Source of the DNA: the human T2T-CHM13v2.0 reference genome, Homo sapiens
Direction: 5' to 3' (one strand)
NCBI RefSeq assembly: GCF_009914755.1
Contig: NC_060931.1
Length of the DNA stretch: 64,000 bases
Shown piece after piece: positions 1 to 16,123 of the stretch (its first letter is position 1; each line of letters begins with the position of its first letter). Position numbers and translations under genes: made by a program. Below the pieces are notes generated by a model. It made no database searches. It was not told where the DNA came from and saw only the letters and a program-made list of their open reading frames with translations.

Positions 1-94
1 TCAGCACTGTTCATACATCAAAATATCATTGTGTCCCTCAGTCCCACAACACCGGGTTGATATGAAAGCCCTTATCACAAGAATCTCTTGTACT

Positions 95-455
95 GAAAAG
101 ACCTGGGTTTGAATCCTGCCTCCACTACTTACAACTGTGAACTTTAGTAAGTACTTACCTCTCCAAGTCAGTTTGCTCACCTGTGAAATGTAGATAGCAT
201 GCCATGACATTGTGGGAAGGGTCAGTGTTATATTCTCTCAGTGGAGGGCCCACAGTAGGTGTTCAGTAAATGCTACTTACTTTCTTTTCTCTTCCTCCTC
301 CTCCTCCTCCTTGTCCTCCTCCCCTACCTTCTTTTCCTTCTTCTCCTTTCTCTCTAGTAAAATGGAAATAGTCGTAGCATCCTTACCTGTGGAGTTATTG
401 TCAGGATTAAATGTAAAACATTTAGACTAGTGCCTCAAACACATTAAATGCTGCA
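95..455 (+). mobile_element. MIR fragments
   Basis: gacctgggtttgaatcc...ctgtgaaatg MIR core. Confidence 0.75.
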
Positions 456-1219
456 TTGGTTGATGTTAACTTATTTTCATATGGCACTTCTATGATGGAG
501 ACAAGGCAGGGCAAGTCTATATAAAAATCTTTTCTGATTTGTCTCTAGACAAGAAATCTAAATAAAAGGAAATAAATAGCTCATGTAACTTAGCTGCTTT
601 TTTATTTTAGGGCATTTGATTTTTGGATTGTCTTTCTGGTGCATTTTAAAGTTGGTCAAATTAACTTGGAAATATTTAAATAAGCATTTAAATATTTTTA
701 TGGAAAACATTTTCCATACTGCCCTGGCCAGACTCTTCATTCTAAGACTGATCCCAGATGCCACTGATATTTTCAGCTCAGAATAGTGGTTCCTTTATTT
801 AAATGCATAGACTAAAACTTAAACATGAGGAGACACAAATGAAGAAAAGATGCCTGATGTCCACAGGGCATGACCTAGATGACTTCCACCCACAATGAGG
901 AAGACTGAGCCATTGGTATGTGTGATTCCCTGTGTGTTTGGTGGTGTGGCTTTGCACAGCTGGCTCCCAGCCACGGCCACACAGACTCATTGCTGTTAGT
1001 GGGTATGATGAGAAGGAGGGTTGATCTGGAGTCCCTGGTTCTGTTTCTTCCAGGCTGTGTAATCTTGGACAAGTCAGTTGGGCTCAGTTTCCTCTCCTGA
1101 AATTGTTCTCAAAAATGCCCACCTCAGGGTCCTTTCTCAGTTATTTCAATGGAACAAATACAGGGAAGCACACAACAAGCTGTAAAGCATCTTAGAAGCG
1201 TGGGGCCTGTTTCCACGAT

Positions 1220-1478
1220 GGTTAGTGTGGGAGTGGAGAAGCAGCTGGAAGCGCTGTTTGCTCTGTGGATTGCTTAGGTCTGTGCTTGGCCTCTGCTTTG
1301 TGTCCTCTTCTGGCTTCCATCCTGCTGGTGTGCTTCCAGAACTGCCTGCAGTTCCTCCCAGCAGCCACCTTCTTCCTTCTGCCAATGCGACTCTTCTCCT
1401 TCTGGGGTTCTTTGGCTGAGACTGGGCCAGTGAGCAGCTGAGACTGGAGATGGGTGAGAGCTGGAACATCTGCTGCTT
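1220..1478 (-). pseudogene. Candidate decayed exon (most 3' recognised)
   Basis: Acceptor tttctttacccctttccaaaag|; purine-rich, frames open for ~70-100 codons; 3' end unclear. Confidence 0.35.
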
Positions 1479-2410
1479 CTTTTGGAAAGGGGTAAAGAAA
1501 AGGGTGAGAAATATTTGCAGTGACTCAGGGAAGGCTGAGGTGAGGCAGAGGAAGGTAGCAGGGACAGGATCCTAAGAAACTGAGACTTCCTCCATAGGAC
1601 CTAGGCAGGCATTGTGAAGGAAGAAAATGGGGAGGGAAATGTTTAGGGTAGTACTAAAAAAGGTCACACTTTTGTCTCATTCCTGCTCCAGAATCAATAC
1701 GAGTCACCTGGTGCCCTTATTCTCCTCTTTCCTTCATTCTTGTTTGACCTGGTTTTGTGGACCTTTATCAGCAAAGACTAGCAGTGTTCTCATGGTATTA
1801 CATGACATGGTTGAATGATAATCATTTTGGAGCTCTGTGTGTGTGTGACAGGGAGCATTCCTAGTACACACAGGCGTTGACTTTAAGACCAAAATCTGTA
1901 GGCCTTTACCCTGCATATCACACCAACTCAGACTCAACATCTCTAATCCACGCTCTCTAACTCCTTACCCACCCCACCACTCCAATCAAGCCAATACCTT
2001 CCCTGGTCTGCCCTAGGCCACTCACTTTCCAATTGCTCCTCTCACTTTTCTCCTCTTAGAGTCCCCCTTTAACTCATTCTCCATAAAGCAGTCCATAAAG
2101 AATGGTCTTTCAGAAATGTAAATTAGAACATATCACTCTCCTGCTCAAACTCTCTGAGGACTTGGAGTGAAAATACAAGCTCTTATCTTACCTCATAAAT
2201 ATCTGAATAATGCTGCCTGATTTGTCAGCTCCTAGCGACCTTGGAAATGGGGCTGGTGCACATTGGGATGTGCTGTGAGTATGACACACTCACCAGATTT
2301 AGATGACTTTGCATGAATAAAAGAGTAAAAATTCTCTAATTAATAATTTTTATGATGATTGCATATTGAAATAATAATATTTTGAATTTGTTGGGTTAAG
2401 TAAAAATCTG

Positions 2411-2727
<317 letters not shown>

Positions 2728-2759
2728 TAGTTTTACCATTGTTATGCATGTCTATATCT

Positions 2760-2802
2760 AGATAGAAAGATAGACAGACATATAGATGGTAGGTAGATAG
2801 AT

Positions 2803-2838
<36 letters not shown>

Positions 2839-2879
2839 CAGATAAGATAGATAGATGATAGATAGATAGATAGATAGAC
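2760..2879 (+). repeat. (GATA)n microsatellite
   Basis: Direct tandem GATA/GACA units. Confidence 0.95.
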
Positions 2880-3039
2880 TCTATCTATATACATACACAC
2901 TAGAGAATTTTAAGTTACACATGTGGCTCACATTATGTTTTCACTGGACAGCACCAGTCTAAGTGATCTAATGGCTGCCTGACTCTGACTTGCCTTCTGC
3001 CCTCCCCCTGCTTGCCCTCTGAGCTCTGTCACTCTGCCC

Positions 3040-3445
3040 TTCCTCCTTTTCCCTGGTCAGGCAGTGTTCATCCCCACCCTATGGCATTCCTTCTCATTGT
3101 TTACTCTGTCTGGAAGGCTTCCCCTCATCTCAGCCTGGAAGGCTCCTTCTCTTCTTTCAGAGTTCAGCTCAATGTCACCTGCTCTGAGATGTCTATCTCA
3201 TAAAAGTGGCTATGCTATCATTTTTCTTACCATAGCATCCTATTTCTTGTCTGCATAGCACTTATCATGAGCTGATGGCTTCCTTCCTTCCGTTCCTTCC
3301 TCCCACCCTTTCTTCCTTCCTCACCTCCACAATATAACCTCTATAAAAGCAGGCACTTTGTCTTGTTCGTTATTGTGTCTTGGTGACAATAATAGATCCT
3401 GGCATGCAGAAGGCACTAAAGCAAAATTTGTTGAATGAATAAATA
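3040..3445 (+). mobile_element. L2 3' end fragment
   Basis: tcagctcaatgtcacct...ttgttgaatgaataaat L2 tail. Confidence 0.7.
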
Positions 3446-3599
3446 TGATTTTGAGTCATGGATGCTGTCAAGACAAAATAGCCAGAGAGGTATTTATTGA
3501 GCACATCTTATGTGTCAGACATTGTAAGACAAACTATATATATCCTATCTCATAGACATACACTAGCTATAGATCTCATAGATATATGTTTTGTCTCAC

Positions 3600-3812
3600 T
3601 TGGGGTCTGCAAACTGTGTCCTATGAATCTAATCTGTTCTGCTATGCGGTGTTGTAAATAAATATTTTTTGGAACATGGCCAAGCTCAGTTGTTTAAATA
3701 TTGTCCACGGCTGCTTTTGTAACACAACACATAGTAGAACAGTTGCTAGAGGGACTGTATGGCCTGATATTTACTTTCTGGTCATTTACATTAAAAGTTT
3801 CCTGATTTCTAA
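3600..3812. mobile_element. MER58A-like hAT element
   Basis: ggggtctgcaaact...ttgtaaataaa...aaagtttcctgatttct. Confidence 0.7.
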
Positions 3813-6172
3813 GGTAGATAAGGGGTGACCTGAAAGGGCTATAGTCTCCCCAATAAGTTCTTGATTCTTCTAGATGAACGTGAAATCAAAGTAAAATCCC
3901 TGTGGTTCAAATGCAGCTTCAATGGAACTTTCTCAACCTCCCCTTGAGACTACATTGTGTCCTCAAGTACCTTTATGGAGACATGATAGACATGCGTTGG
4001 CAAAACCAACCCAACACTGTGAGTGAGGTATTATGATGCTCATTTGGCAGATGAGGTGACAGAGATTCAAACTAGTTAAATACAGAGCTGGGATTGAAGT
4101 CCTGACCTGCCTCATTCTGTGGCTACAGCAGTTTGAGAAATCCATACAGAATGCCCTCCACACTTCCACATGCACACTTTAAAGAATTACCCTGAATGCC
4201 GCGACTGTCTTAGTTTTTGCTTCAGCATGGGTAATTAATGTCAAGTCCTGGAAGGCCGACTATAGAGTGTACCTGGCTCCTGGGCAAGCTATTAAAGAGT
4301 CTGAGGAGCCTATATCAAATCTGAAAATAGTAATGATCTCTGGCTTCGTTATAATAGAAAGCAAATGAAAATGATGCTTAAAAATTGTTACTGAACTTGT
4401 GTGGCATGCACTTTTTTCTTTGCATATTTTTTTTTAAGTTACATATAAAAATTTTCCATGGTTGACCAAGTTTGCCTTGATTTCAAGCCATTGTATTAAT
4501 GTCTGTTTTTATTTTTTCTAGCCTCCATTTCCTCTCATTACCAAAATTTTTTTTAAAAAAACCTTGAATTGACAGAGAGTCACTAAGATAAGCACAGTGT
4601 GGCTTAAAAAATTATTTGCAATAGAAAAAACAGATTTCTGTGATTAGTTTGTCCCCTCTAGACTCTGCCTCCTCCCCACAGTGTGTGGCCCTCTTCCTTG
4701 GCCCAATTCAGCTTTTGATGTGATATCCTAGTGACTTCTGGGTTGTCCACAGGCATCTCACCCAGTTATCCAATCCTACTTTCTGATCCTGGCACTTGCC
4801 TAAGAAATGGTTCTGAGAGGCTCAGTCTGATTGACCAGAGCCTGGTGCCCATCTCCCTGGCAATCTTGAAGTCACAAGTGACTACATGAACCTGAGTCCT
4901 TACATTGACCAAAACGAGGAAGAAGAGAGAAGAGACGCTGTAGAGAGCAAATTCTCATCTATGTAACTCAACTTATCTGTTTCTGACACATGAAAAGTGC
5001 ATGCAAATACTTGTTAGTAGGGTGGATGGGTGGGGGGATGACTGAATGGATGGGTGGATGGATGAGTGGAACAAAGTAAGAGTTAAGTTTGGTTCACCGG
5101 GACTTTGTTAGGTTTGGGGTGGGATGAGCGAGGGGAATATTTTAATTGTTGTTTTAGTGTGCTGTTTTATATCTTCTTCAGTCAATTCTAAAAAGCATAA
5201 AATATCATCTGCTTGGTCTTCCATGACAGAACACATTAGCCAGTGTTGTTTATTTTGTGACACTCAAGCAATGAGCTGTCAAAACCAATCTGCCCATTTA
5301 ATCGATTCTGGCTTGTTTCCGAAAAGTGAAATTTAGCCTTTTACTGTTGTTAGCCATTATCCCTCTTCCAGTAAAATCTGAATTTTCACAGGTCATGCTA
5401 GATCACAAATAGTAATTCCACTGCACTAACATTTACACGCTGTGAGTAACTGAGAGCTGTGTCTATGGTAGCACTTGACTTGGGATACTCTTTAACCTCG
5501 GGCTACCAACATAAGACAAAATCAAGTTACAGTCGCCAGGGAGAGTAAGCAGTGTGGGAAAATGCCCAAAATAGCTCTACTTGTTTAAGATTTCCTTATT
5601 GATAATTGCAGCATATAAAACGTATATATAGAAACTTCTTGGGCTGCCTGCATTTACTTGTTTCAGTTAGCACACCCTTTTATTTAGGCCCCCGCTAGCT
5701 CCATGGCTGTGCCTCAGTTTACAGTGAGAGTAAACTGCACGATGAAAGAAAGCCAACCATATGCTGCCACTGCAGTATGGGTGTGTGTGTGTGTGTGTGT
5801 GTGGGTTTGTGTGCATGTGGACATTCGAGTCACAGAGCCAGTTAGGAGTGCCTGGAAGCACTGGCACCCTGAGGATGTTCTAGCTGTCTCTGGCGCCATG
5901 CTTATTCGGCTGCTGTCCCTACCACAAAATTGGCTTTCAGTACCATACCTTGAACATCAGGAGAGGGTCTTTATCCTAAAATCCTGGGGCCAAGATATTA
6001 AGAAAGTCCTTTATAGTTTCATAACTGTTTTTAGTAGGCAGTGTGGCTTTATTCCTTCTTTGATTGGGAAATGGAGGGGGTTGTTCATAGGCTAGAACAG
6101 AGGAAACAACTTATCCCCCTGAGCCCTATCAACCATATGAGCTAATGCACTATCATGACTATGCCAAGACTA

Positions 6173-7035
<863 letters not shown>

Positions 7036-7351
7036 CTATGCACCAGTCAGAAAAGGAACTGCAGTGGGTAGATGAGAGGGGCTAAATGCTGGTGTGTGTG
7101 GCCTGGGAAACAGCTTTGGAGACGGCATGTATTCTGTGTGGTCCAAGGAACAGATATGTGACCTGTGATCCGGATAGCTTAGGGACACAGAGTCGTCACT
7201 GGCATTTTTCGGTAAACAGGGTAAAAATGTTTCTAATTGGAGTGAACTACCTTGGAAGGTAGAAATCTCACTCTCATTCAATGTCTGAGCAGAGACCGGG
7301 TGGGAATAGTAAGAGAGAGGATTCTTAAGCCAGATAACTGAACTAAGGTCT

Positions 7352-7702
7352 TAGGGATGATCCAGGTTTTGTGGGGCCTGGAGTTTATACAATTTTGGGA
7401 TGCTGCTAAAGCTACAAGAATCCAGACACCCAATTAGATATGCCAGTGAATATTTATTTGTAATGAGAAAATAAGTCACAATACATTCCTAGGGCCTTAG
7501 AGATTCGCGATTCTTTCCTCTGAGCTCTTTTTAGGCAATTTACCAGGAGCGCATTTACCAGAAATGCTTTCTCCTTGTAATCTGTCTTCCCATCTTCATG
7601 TAGAACATTCTACAGCTCTCAGCAAGACCCTCAGCCCCCTAATGGGCCTCCAAGGAGGAGTCCTGAAACTTAAACCTCATAACTTCATGTTACATCTTCC
7701 TG
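7352..7702. mobile_element. MER96B-like hAT element
   Basis: gatccaggttttgtggggcctggagtttatacaatt start. Confidence 0.55.
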
Positions 7703-7887
7703 AACAGAGCTCCCATCTGGGCTTAGAATTGTGGGCATGATCAGAAAGTAGAAGAGCCAGACCCTCCTTCAGGGAGTTCAATGGGCAAGTCACAGAGGGT
7801 GTAGGAGTCTGAGAAGAGAGCACTAACTCTGGTGACATCCCTTCCATGTGTTTAACACACTCTATGAATTTATCTCCTTTTCTTCAG

Positions 7888-8393
7888 AATATTAGTCAGG
7901 GGTCTCCAGAGAAGCAGAACGAATAAGATATTTATAAGAAGAGAATTAATTTTGGAAGGGGCTCACATGATTATAGAGGACAAGAAGTCCCACCGTATGC
8001 CACCTGCAAGCTGGAGAGCCAGGGGAGCTGATGATGTAACTCCCAATCTGAGGTTCAAGGCTGAAGGATGCAGTTGGGGGAGCTGCTAGTGTATGCTCTT
8101 AGTCTGACACCCCTAGAACAAAGAGCTCCAATGTTCCAGGACAGGAGAAGATAATGTCCCAGCTCAGAAAAGAGAGAAAATTTGCCCCTCCTCCACCTTC
8201 TTGTTCTATCTGGTCACTCGATGGATTGGACAATGCCTGTCCACATTGGTTAAGTCGATCTTCTTTACTCAGTCTAGTGATTCAAATGCTAATTTCTACC
8301 AGAAACACCTTCACAGACACACCCAGAAGTAATAATTAACCCAATACCTGGGCATCCCATGGTCCAGTCAAGCTGACACATAAAATTAACATC
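7888..8393 (-). mobile_element. MLT2-family ERVL solo LTR
   Basis: tattagtcaggggtctccagaga...gtcaagctgacacataaaattaac. Confidence 0.8.
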
Positions 8394-8612
8394 ATGGTTG
8401 GTTAGCTGTACTTCATTGTGGAGGAAGTAAGACTTGGAGATGTGAAGATTCACACCTGGACATGTCTGATTCTGTGTTCTTCTCACTTGGTGCTGCTAAA
8501 CCCTTTCTACTGGGGAAGTTTTCATCCTGGGGGGAAGGACAATGACCACTTCTCGAGGACAAACTGGGTTCAGAGGGCAACCCAGAATATCTATTGAATG
8601 TAGGAGTTAGAC

Positions 8613-9007
8613 TGTGTTAGTCCATTTTCACACTGCTATAAAGAAACACCGAGACTGGGTCATTTATGAAGAAAAGAGATTTAATTAACTCACAGTTCCA
8701 CATGGCTGAGGAGGCCTCAGGAAACTTACAATTGTGGCAGAAGGGGAAGCAGTCATGTCTTACATGGCAGCAGGTGAGAGAGAGAGAGAGAGACAGAGAG
8801 AGAGACCTAGTGAGGGAGAAGCTGTCAAACACTTATAAAACCACCAGATCTTGTGAGAATTCACTCACTGTCATGAGAACAGCATGGGGGAAAACCACTC
8901 CCATGATCCAATTGCCTCCCACCAGATCCCTCCCTTGACACAGGGTAATTATGAGGATTACAGTTCGACATGAGATTTGGGTGGAGACATAGAGCCAAAC
9001 TGTATCA
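8613..9007 (-). mobile_element. THE1/MST MaLR solo LTR
   Basis: TG...CA termini; near-TSD tagac/gagac. Confidence 0.9.
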
Positions 9008-9519
9008 GAGACACAACACACACATCAGCATTAGTGCCATGTAGATATATACACACTCTTGGCTCAAGAAAGAGACTTTTAAAACGAGAAGGAAATAATT
9101 CTTATTTTTACCCAAAGGGACATGGTGCTGAGGCTGCACTAATGATAAAATTACCGATGAGATCTATGGGGAGCTCAACTTTCATTCAAAACAACAGTCT
9201 GGAGTCTTGCAGTTTTTTCTCAGAACTGCTTCTAAGTTTTCTCTGAACTGAAGGGAGAATTTCTCTGATTATCTGTGCCTTATTATCTCCATTCATAACA
9301 TTAGTCCTCACCTCTCCTTTAGGGTCATTATGAAGAAAAATGTGAAAGGGATTTAGCCTTTAATAGGCCCATTTGGATACAGATCACATATGGCTATAAA
9401 AAGTCACTAGTATTAGTTTTGTTGTTATTAAGAAAATTGCAAATAATAAAAACACCAATTTAGCTACAAAAAGAATCTAAACTTCCTTTGACGGAAGTGA
9501 AAAAATATACTGTTTTTCT

Positions 9520-10310
9520 TTTTTATTATGAATATTCTAAAAGTAATTCATGTTTATTACAAAAAACATTTACAGTACAGATAAATCATAAGGGAAAAAA
9601 ATCACCCACAATCTCACCTCCCAGATACAATAAACCATTGACAATATTTTCATAAATTCTTTCCTTGTCTCCCTCTCCTACATGTATACATATGTGCATG
9701 TGTGCGTCCATGTGTGTTTGTGTGTGTAAAACTAGAAAAAAATACTATAATCTTTTGTAACTTGCTCATTGGCATAATGATATACTGTGAACATCTATTC
9801 GTTTCAGTAAAATCTATTTACTCACATCTTTTTAAAGTGGCTGAATTAATATTCCATTATCAACAGATCACAATTTCAAATAATTTTTGCTGTTGGAACT
9901 TAAAATATTAACCATTCTATACAATGATGCAATCAATATATTTCCTGGTTCATCTGGTTGTTTTCTTTAGAAGCATTTCTAGAAGTAGCATTATGAGGCC
10001 AAAGGGTATATGAATTTTATGATTCTTGATACAGAGGTCAACCCTCCCTCCAAGAGGCTGTTCATTGCTACTCATATCACAGTGCTTGAAAAATCAAGTT
10101 TCCCCATATCCTTGACAGTAATAGGCATTTTCATTCTCTCAAAATTTTGCCAACTTGCAGTGTATAAATCAGTACTTTGTATACATTTACATTTCTTGCG
10201 TAGTGGTGAGCCTAAATATTGTTTTTCATGTGTTTCTTAGCCATTTGTATCTTGTCTATTATAACTTATCTATGTCCTTTGTTCACTTTTTTTCCTAGAA
10301 TACTTTTCCT
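9520..10310 (-). mobile_element. Old L1M (L1ME-like) 3' region
   Basis: Diverged L1 3' motifs (atttctagaagt, ttacatttcttgcgtagtggtgag). Confidence 0.6.
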
Positions 10311-10659
10311 TAATCTTTCCTGAGAAAGTATATTCAGCAATACTTTGTTTACCTTATGTTAGGATATGGAGTTTCAGATTTCCTTAAAATACAATTTCCC
10401 TTACGTAGTCTCCCCTCACTGAAGAAAGGCAAGCAATAACTTTTAGAAGCAAAAAGGGCTGGCAATATGATTTCCACAAAGCATATTTACATATTTAATA
10501 TTTTTACTAGCATTTTATCAACAGCTGGAGGGCTTCCGCAACCCAAGCATCTACGATAACAGCACAGAAAATTTGTTGAAAATGACAGAGCCTATATTTT
10601 GGTATTGGAATGAGAACTATATACATAACTCACTATGAAGACAATTCAAGCAAAATTAC

Positions 10660-11433
<774 letters not shown>

Positions 11434-11943
11434 CCTGTTGAAAATTATTTCTTCCCTTGTCATTATTTAAAGGTATGAACACAATGTGTCACTTCATTGA
11501 AACAGCCTCCCTGGCTTCTTAACCATGTAACTCTCAAAATTGTAAAGGCTATTTATACTCCAGGGGTCTGACCAATATTAATTACATATTTATAACAATA
11601 ACAGCAAAACCTAAAAAGACCTTTTAAAGCCTCTTGTGTGCTATGTATAGCTGGTATATTGGAAATGTTTATCAAGGCCCCACCCCTTATCTGAGATTTT
11701 CTGTTTCCCATTGGTAATCTGTTAGCTCATACAATTTCAACTGGGGTCAGAGATATACTGACTTCATTTAAATATTATTTCCCCCAAGCTGTCATGAATA
11801 CGAGGCAAGTGTGTCTAATAGATTTCTACCAAAAGTATTTGAGGGATATCAGAGGATTTACAGGAACAAATTCTAGTTGCTAGTCGGAAGTTTCTATTCC
11901 CAATACGATTTCTCCACCATCCTCTAAAGCAGAGAAAATTTAC

Positions 11944-12958
11944 TAGTATGTCCCTCCTTATGGGACCTGGCCTCCTACCACTTTACCAACTCGCTTCTCT
12001 TTCCTCTCTTCTCTCCTCTCAGTTTCAGGGCTCTCACTTTCCATTAAACATTCAAGACTTCTGTTTCACTAGTAAGCAGAGCAATTTGTCTTTGCCTTGC
12101 CTCAACCTTCTCCTCCCAGACTAGGCCAAAGCCTTGTGTTTCATATTCAAAAGGGCCATTTACAAGAGAGCCATTTTGTGGAGATTAAGCTCTCTCAGTG
12201 CAGAATTGGTGACAGTCACTAAGTATATAAATTGCATCTCTGCTCCCGCCAAATATGGAGCAGTGCAGCCCTTGGAGTTCCCATCTCGCTATCAACATCC
12301 ACCCGTGCTCCTTTCCCATCCTTTCCCTTCACTTTTCTCTCTCCTTTTGTTCCACTGATATAGCCAATTTTGCAGCCTTTCCCACTTTGCTGAGAAATCC
12401 ATAGACCCAGGAATCTGACCCCTTTCCTTACTCTTGAATAGTAGGTGCTGGGCCATGATATTTAATGGCATTCTCCTCAACATGTGTTATCACGTGTTAT
12501 CAGCCAACATCCACTTCTTTCGTTTCCCTTTCCTCTTGCTCATGGGATTTCAAGAACTACTGGATGCAATCCAAATAGTGCAGTACTACCAGGCCTTCTG
12601 TAGGTTTGTTTTTCTCTTTCTTTGATCTGCACCATTTAGTTATTGCTTTAAGACACTGTGTGGTTTATGTAGTCTCGCAGAAGTGCTTCACCTCATTCTT
12701 GAGAAAATCCAATTTGATGTTTGATGTTCAGGAGCAAACCTTAGTCATTGCTGCCAAGTACTCTTATTCTGTTATTCTTCAGAAAACTCATCCATCATCT
12801 GGCCTGGCCCAGTGCTGTTCACCCAGTGCTGTAATTGCACTGTGATTACCTGCACTGGCCCTCCTGCCTACCTTAGGTGCGATCATTTCTCATGAGCATA
12901 ATCCATTGCTGTCATTGAGGGCTTGGAGGAGATTCATTTCCACTGTCTCCTGTGGCTT
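11944..12958 (-). pseudogene. Large (~1 kb) decayed exon with helical/coiled-coil-like peptides
   Basis: Acceptor attttatttag|, donor CTA|gtaaat; NIKLDFLKNEVKHFCETT*TTQCLKAITKW..HYLDCIQ*FLKSHEQEE and EEKVEARQRQIALLTSETEVL. Confidence 0.45.
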
Positions 12959-13579
12959 CTAAATAAAATCTTTTAAGCAAAGACTAGACAAAAAGGAAGG
13001 CTGAGGACAGTGATGAATCCCTGTTTCCCTCCTAGCTAACATGTTCCCCTCCCAGCCCAGGACCCATGCATTAGGAGTAAACAGATCACTCATATCACAA
13101 TATTTTGGTAATAAATTGCAATGTTCACTATAGTGTGATTGAGGCATTTGTTAAGAATGATACTGCTAAATAAAAAATTTTCTCTCAATTCACGTAAGAT
13201 TATACTGACCTTTTTACAGAAAGTCAGACTAATCAACCTGACATCAAGCACACAACCAGGAGGACACTGACTCGGTCTGAGATGCCTGGACCCTAGTCCC
13301 ATGTTAATGCATCTTGGTCTTCCTTATACCTCAACCTCAGAACTTACCCCAGAGTACCTACTAAAAATGGATCTCAAGGCTGTTTAATGGAGGTTTATGC
13401 CATTGTTGGGGCTTCTATGTACAACAAAAAAGCTACTGTAATTTTTAGGAGAAGAAAATATACAAAGAGATTCTAGGCATAGAGTTGGAGGTGGGAAGAG
13501 TATGTTCTGGAAAGGGAAATAAACATGACCAGGAAGGATAGAGTGTGAGGAGGCCTCCTGGGCTGGAATCATCAATGAG

Positions 13580-13730
13580 TGGCCTGTGTACCAGCAGCAT
13601 CAGCATCACCTGGGAGCTTGTTAGGAATTCAGAATCCCAGACCCCACCTCAGATTTCCTAAGCCAGAATCTGCATTGATGCAAGATCCCCAGGTGATTCC
13701 CATTAAAGCATGAAGAGAATAATGTTCTAG
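13580..13730. mobile_element. MER5A
   Basis: ccagcagcatcagcatcacctgggagcttgttag core; further MER5 copies at ~14115-14285, 20200-20375, 27880-28035, 28270-28430. Confidence 0.8.
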
Positions 13731-16123
13731 GCAACCAAATCCCCAAACATACATATATGAGGCTGTATATAAGTCACCTGTAGAAATTAAACCCTCAGCA
13801 CCCTGCCTGGTAAATGTTGTATGTTTACAGGGGAAGAAAGGACCAGGGGAGGAGGTAGGAAATGAGATATATATATCTTACTGTACACAGAGAGGAGCAC
13901 CATGAACTCAGAGTGACATATCCTGCTTAGCCCAGGTAATGTCAGTGAAGTGAACAAAAACTCATGTTGAGCGCCATGTGAACCCCTCGCAGCCAGTGCA
14001 GAGAATGTGACGACTGACCCTTCACAACCTCGCTATTCCTTATCTGATGTGTAGCAACACAGGCATTAAGGGAAGTAACTCCAGCTTCTGTGTTAAACCC
14101 TGATTGGGCAGATCCAGTGCTTTTCCAAGGGTAGTTCTCGGGCCAGAAGCATCAGCATTACCTGGAAAATGTTTAGAAATGCAAATTCTCTGTTCTCATC
14201 CCAGACCTACTGAATCAGAATTTTGGGGGTCAGTTTCTCCAGGAGATCCTAAGGCACACACACACCTGGAGAACCAATGGTCAAATACCACTGACCATTT
14301 GGTTCTATTACACTAATTGACCATTACCCTAGCAGGAATTAGGAAACCCAGCCCTAAGCCAATGAATGACAATGGGATTGGTTCATGAATATGTATGGGA
14401 TCCCAATACAGACCAAAGAGACTCAAGGTCTGTCTTGGAGAAGGTTATTTGGCTTTTCTGAGGAAAGCTTCATAACATTTAAAGAGAAACTTAGGAATAG
14501 TTTCTCTCCCTCTAGATGATGCTGTGGACCCATATAGAGCAAATATTGCTGCAGCCATCTAGTTGCTAGCCTGAAGGGAGCCAGCACAGGATGAGGACAG
14601 AGGAAAGGGAATAATAGGCAAATGGCATGGAGCCTGCCCACCTCTAGATTACACTTAGGTAAGCCATTTAATTTCTTTGCTTCAGCTAGCTCAAGGTGGC
14701 TGTTATTTGCAGCTCCAAGCATTTAACTGACAGCTTTGATGCAGTGAATAAGCTGCATTGGCCTAGTTTTGCTGATGATCTCAACCCTCTTCAAACACAG
14801 AGGTGTTAGGCAAACTATTTCATAACTGGCAGAGTCCAGGCACTGACCAACGGGAAGAAATGATAGCTGGGCACTTTATTATTCATTGAGAGGAGCTCAT
14901 CAAAAATCAAAATTCCTTCTAATTACTCCTGTAGCAATTATGGTACCTCTTCTACCATGTACCATCAGGGCAGAGCTTGATTTTTTTTTTTTAACTCCAA
15001 TCGTCCATTTTTGCCTTTCTGAAATCCTACAGCTGGCTGGCAATCAAAGGGATACTTCTCACTGAGACTTTCCTTACACCCTAACTTTACTACTCTTTTT
15101 TTTTACCTCCCACTTGTTCTATACATGGAAAAGGAGTAGCTAGTATTTATACCTTTTAACAAATCATCAAATACGTCCTTCAATTCTCTTCCTTTCTTTC
15201 CTTCTTATTCAAATTTAATAAAATCTTGATAAAAAGTTTAAAAATTGATAAAACAAAAATTGTGTTAAAAGATTTGTTAAAATGAAATGTCAGGGCTTAA
15301 AAAGTTTATACTAGAAAATGCGAATATGAAGTATTGACTTTTTTCAGGATTATTTTAGTGTTGAATTGATCTTGTTCCAATTCTTTGGAAATTCTTTGAA
15401 AACCTAATTCTTTGAAATTGTTAATTCCTGTATAGTGTATTTATATGGTAATAGCTATTTATTAACTAGGAATATTTGAGTCACCAGAAAAAAAATGCAT
15501 ATATCTTAAATCATGTAGTATGGGATTTTAATGTACTCTATAAAAAGTGGTTAGTTTATTAAAATCAGGATCAAGAGCCTTTAGTATAATTATCATGGGT
15601 ACTATTGTGTGTGAAATGAGACATATACATTTTAATATAACTTACACATTAATAGCTACTGGTAATGGCTAAACCATGATAGTCTGAAACTGCAATCTGT
15701 TTGCTAGCTCCTGTTTCTCCTGTCCATCAGAGGCATGTATTTGCACTTGAGTTTTAGACATGAGCACTGAAGATACTAATGATTAACAACTAGATCTCTT
15801 CCTTCTGGAAAAAAACAATACTGAATATATCATATCCTAATTGTCCTCAAAGAGAAATGTGATAGTAGAATTCTACTTTAATTCAGACCTGAAGGTAACC
15901 CTGAAGATATCAATAACTATATATGGGCTCTACATGTGGCTAGGCAGAGCTGAGTGAATTATGGTGGTGACATTCTCACTACCAAATACTGTGCCTTATC
16001 CCTAAGCAGCCAGTCATATATTCTAGTCTCATCAACAAAGTCTTATCAGAGGGTTTGTTAAAAAGATATCTTTTGAGATTCAATATTAAGTTTTAAAAAA
16101 CACAGTAACCTAGTTTTTAAAAG

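Noticed and set aside
700-780. Possible kinase Gly-loop remnant (GQGS/YGK) on the minus strand
   Set aside because: Requires an inserted base and has no convincing splice sites; too short to support.
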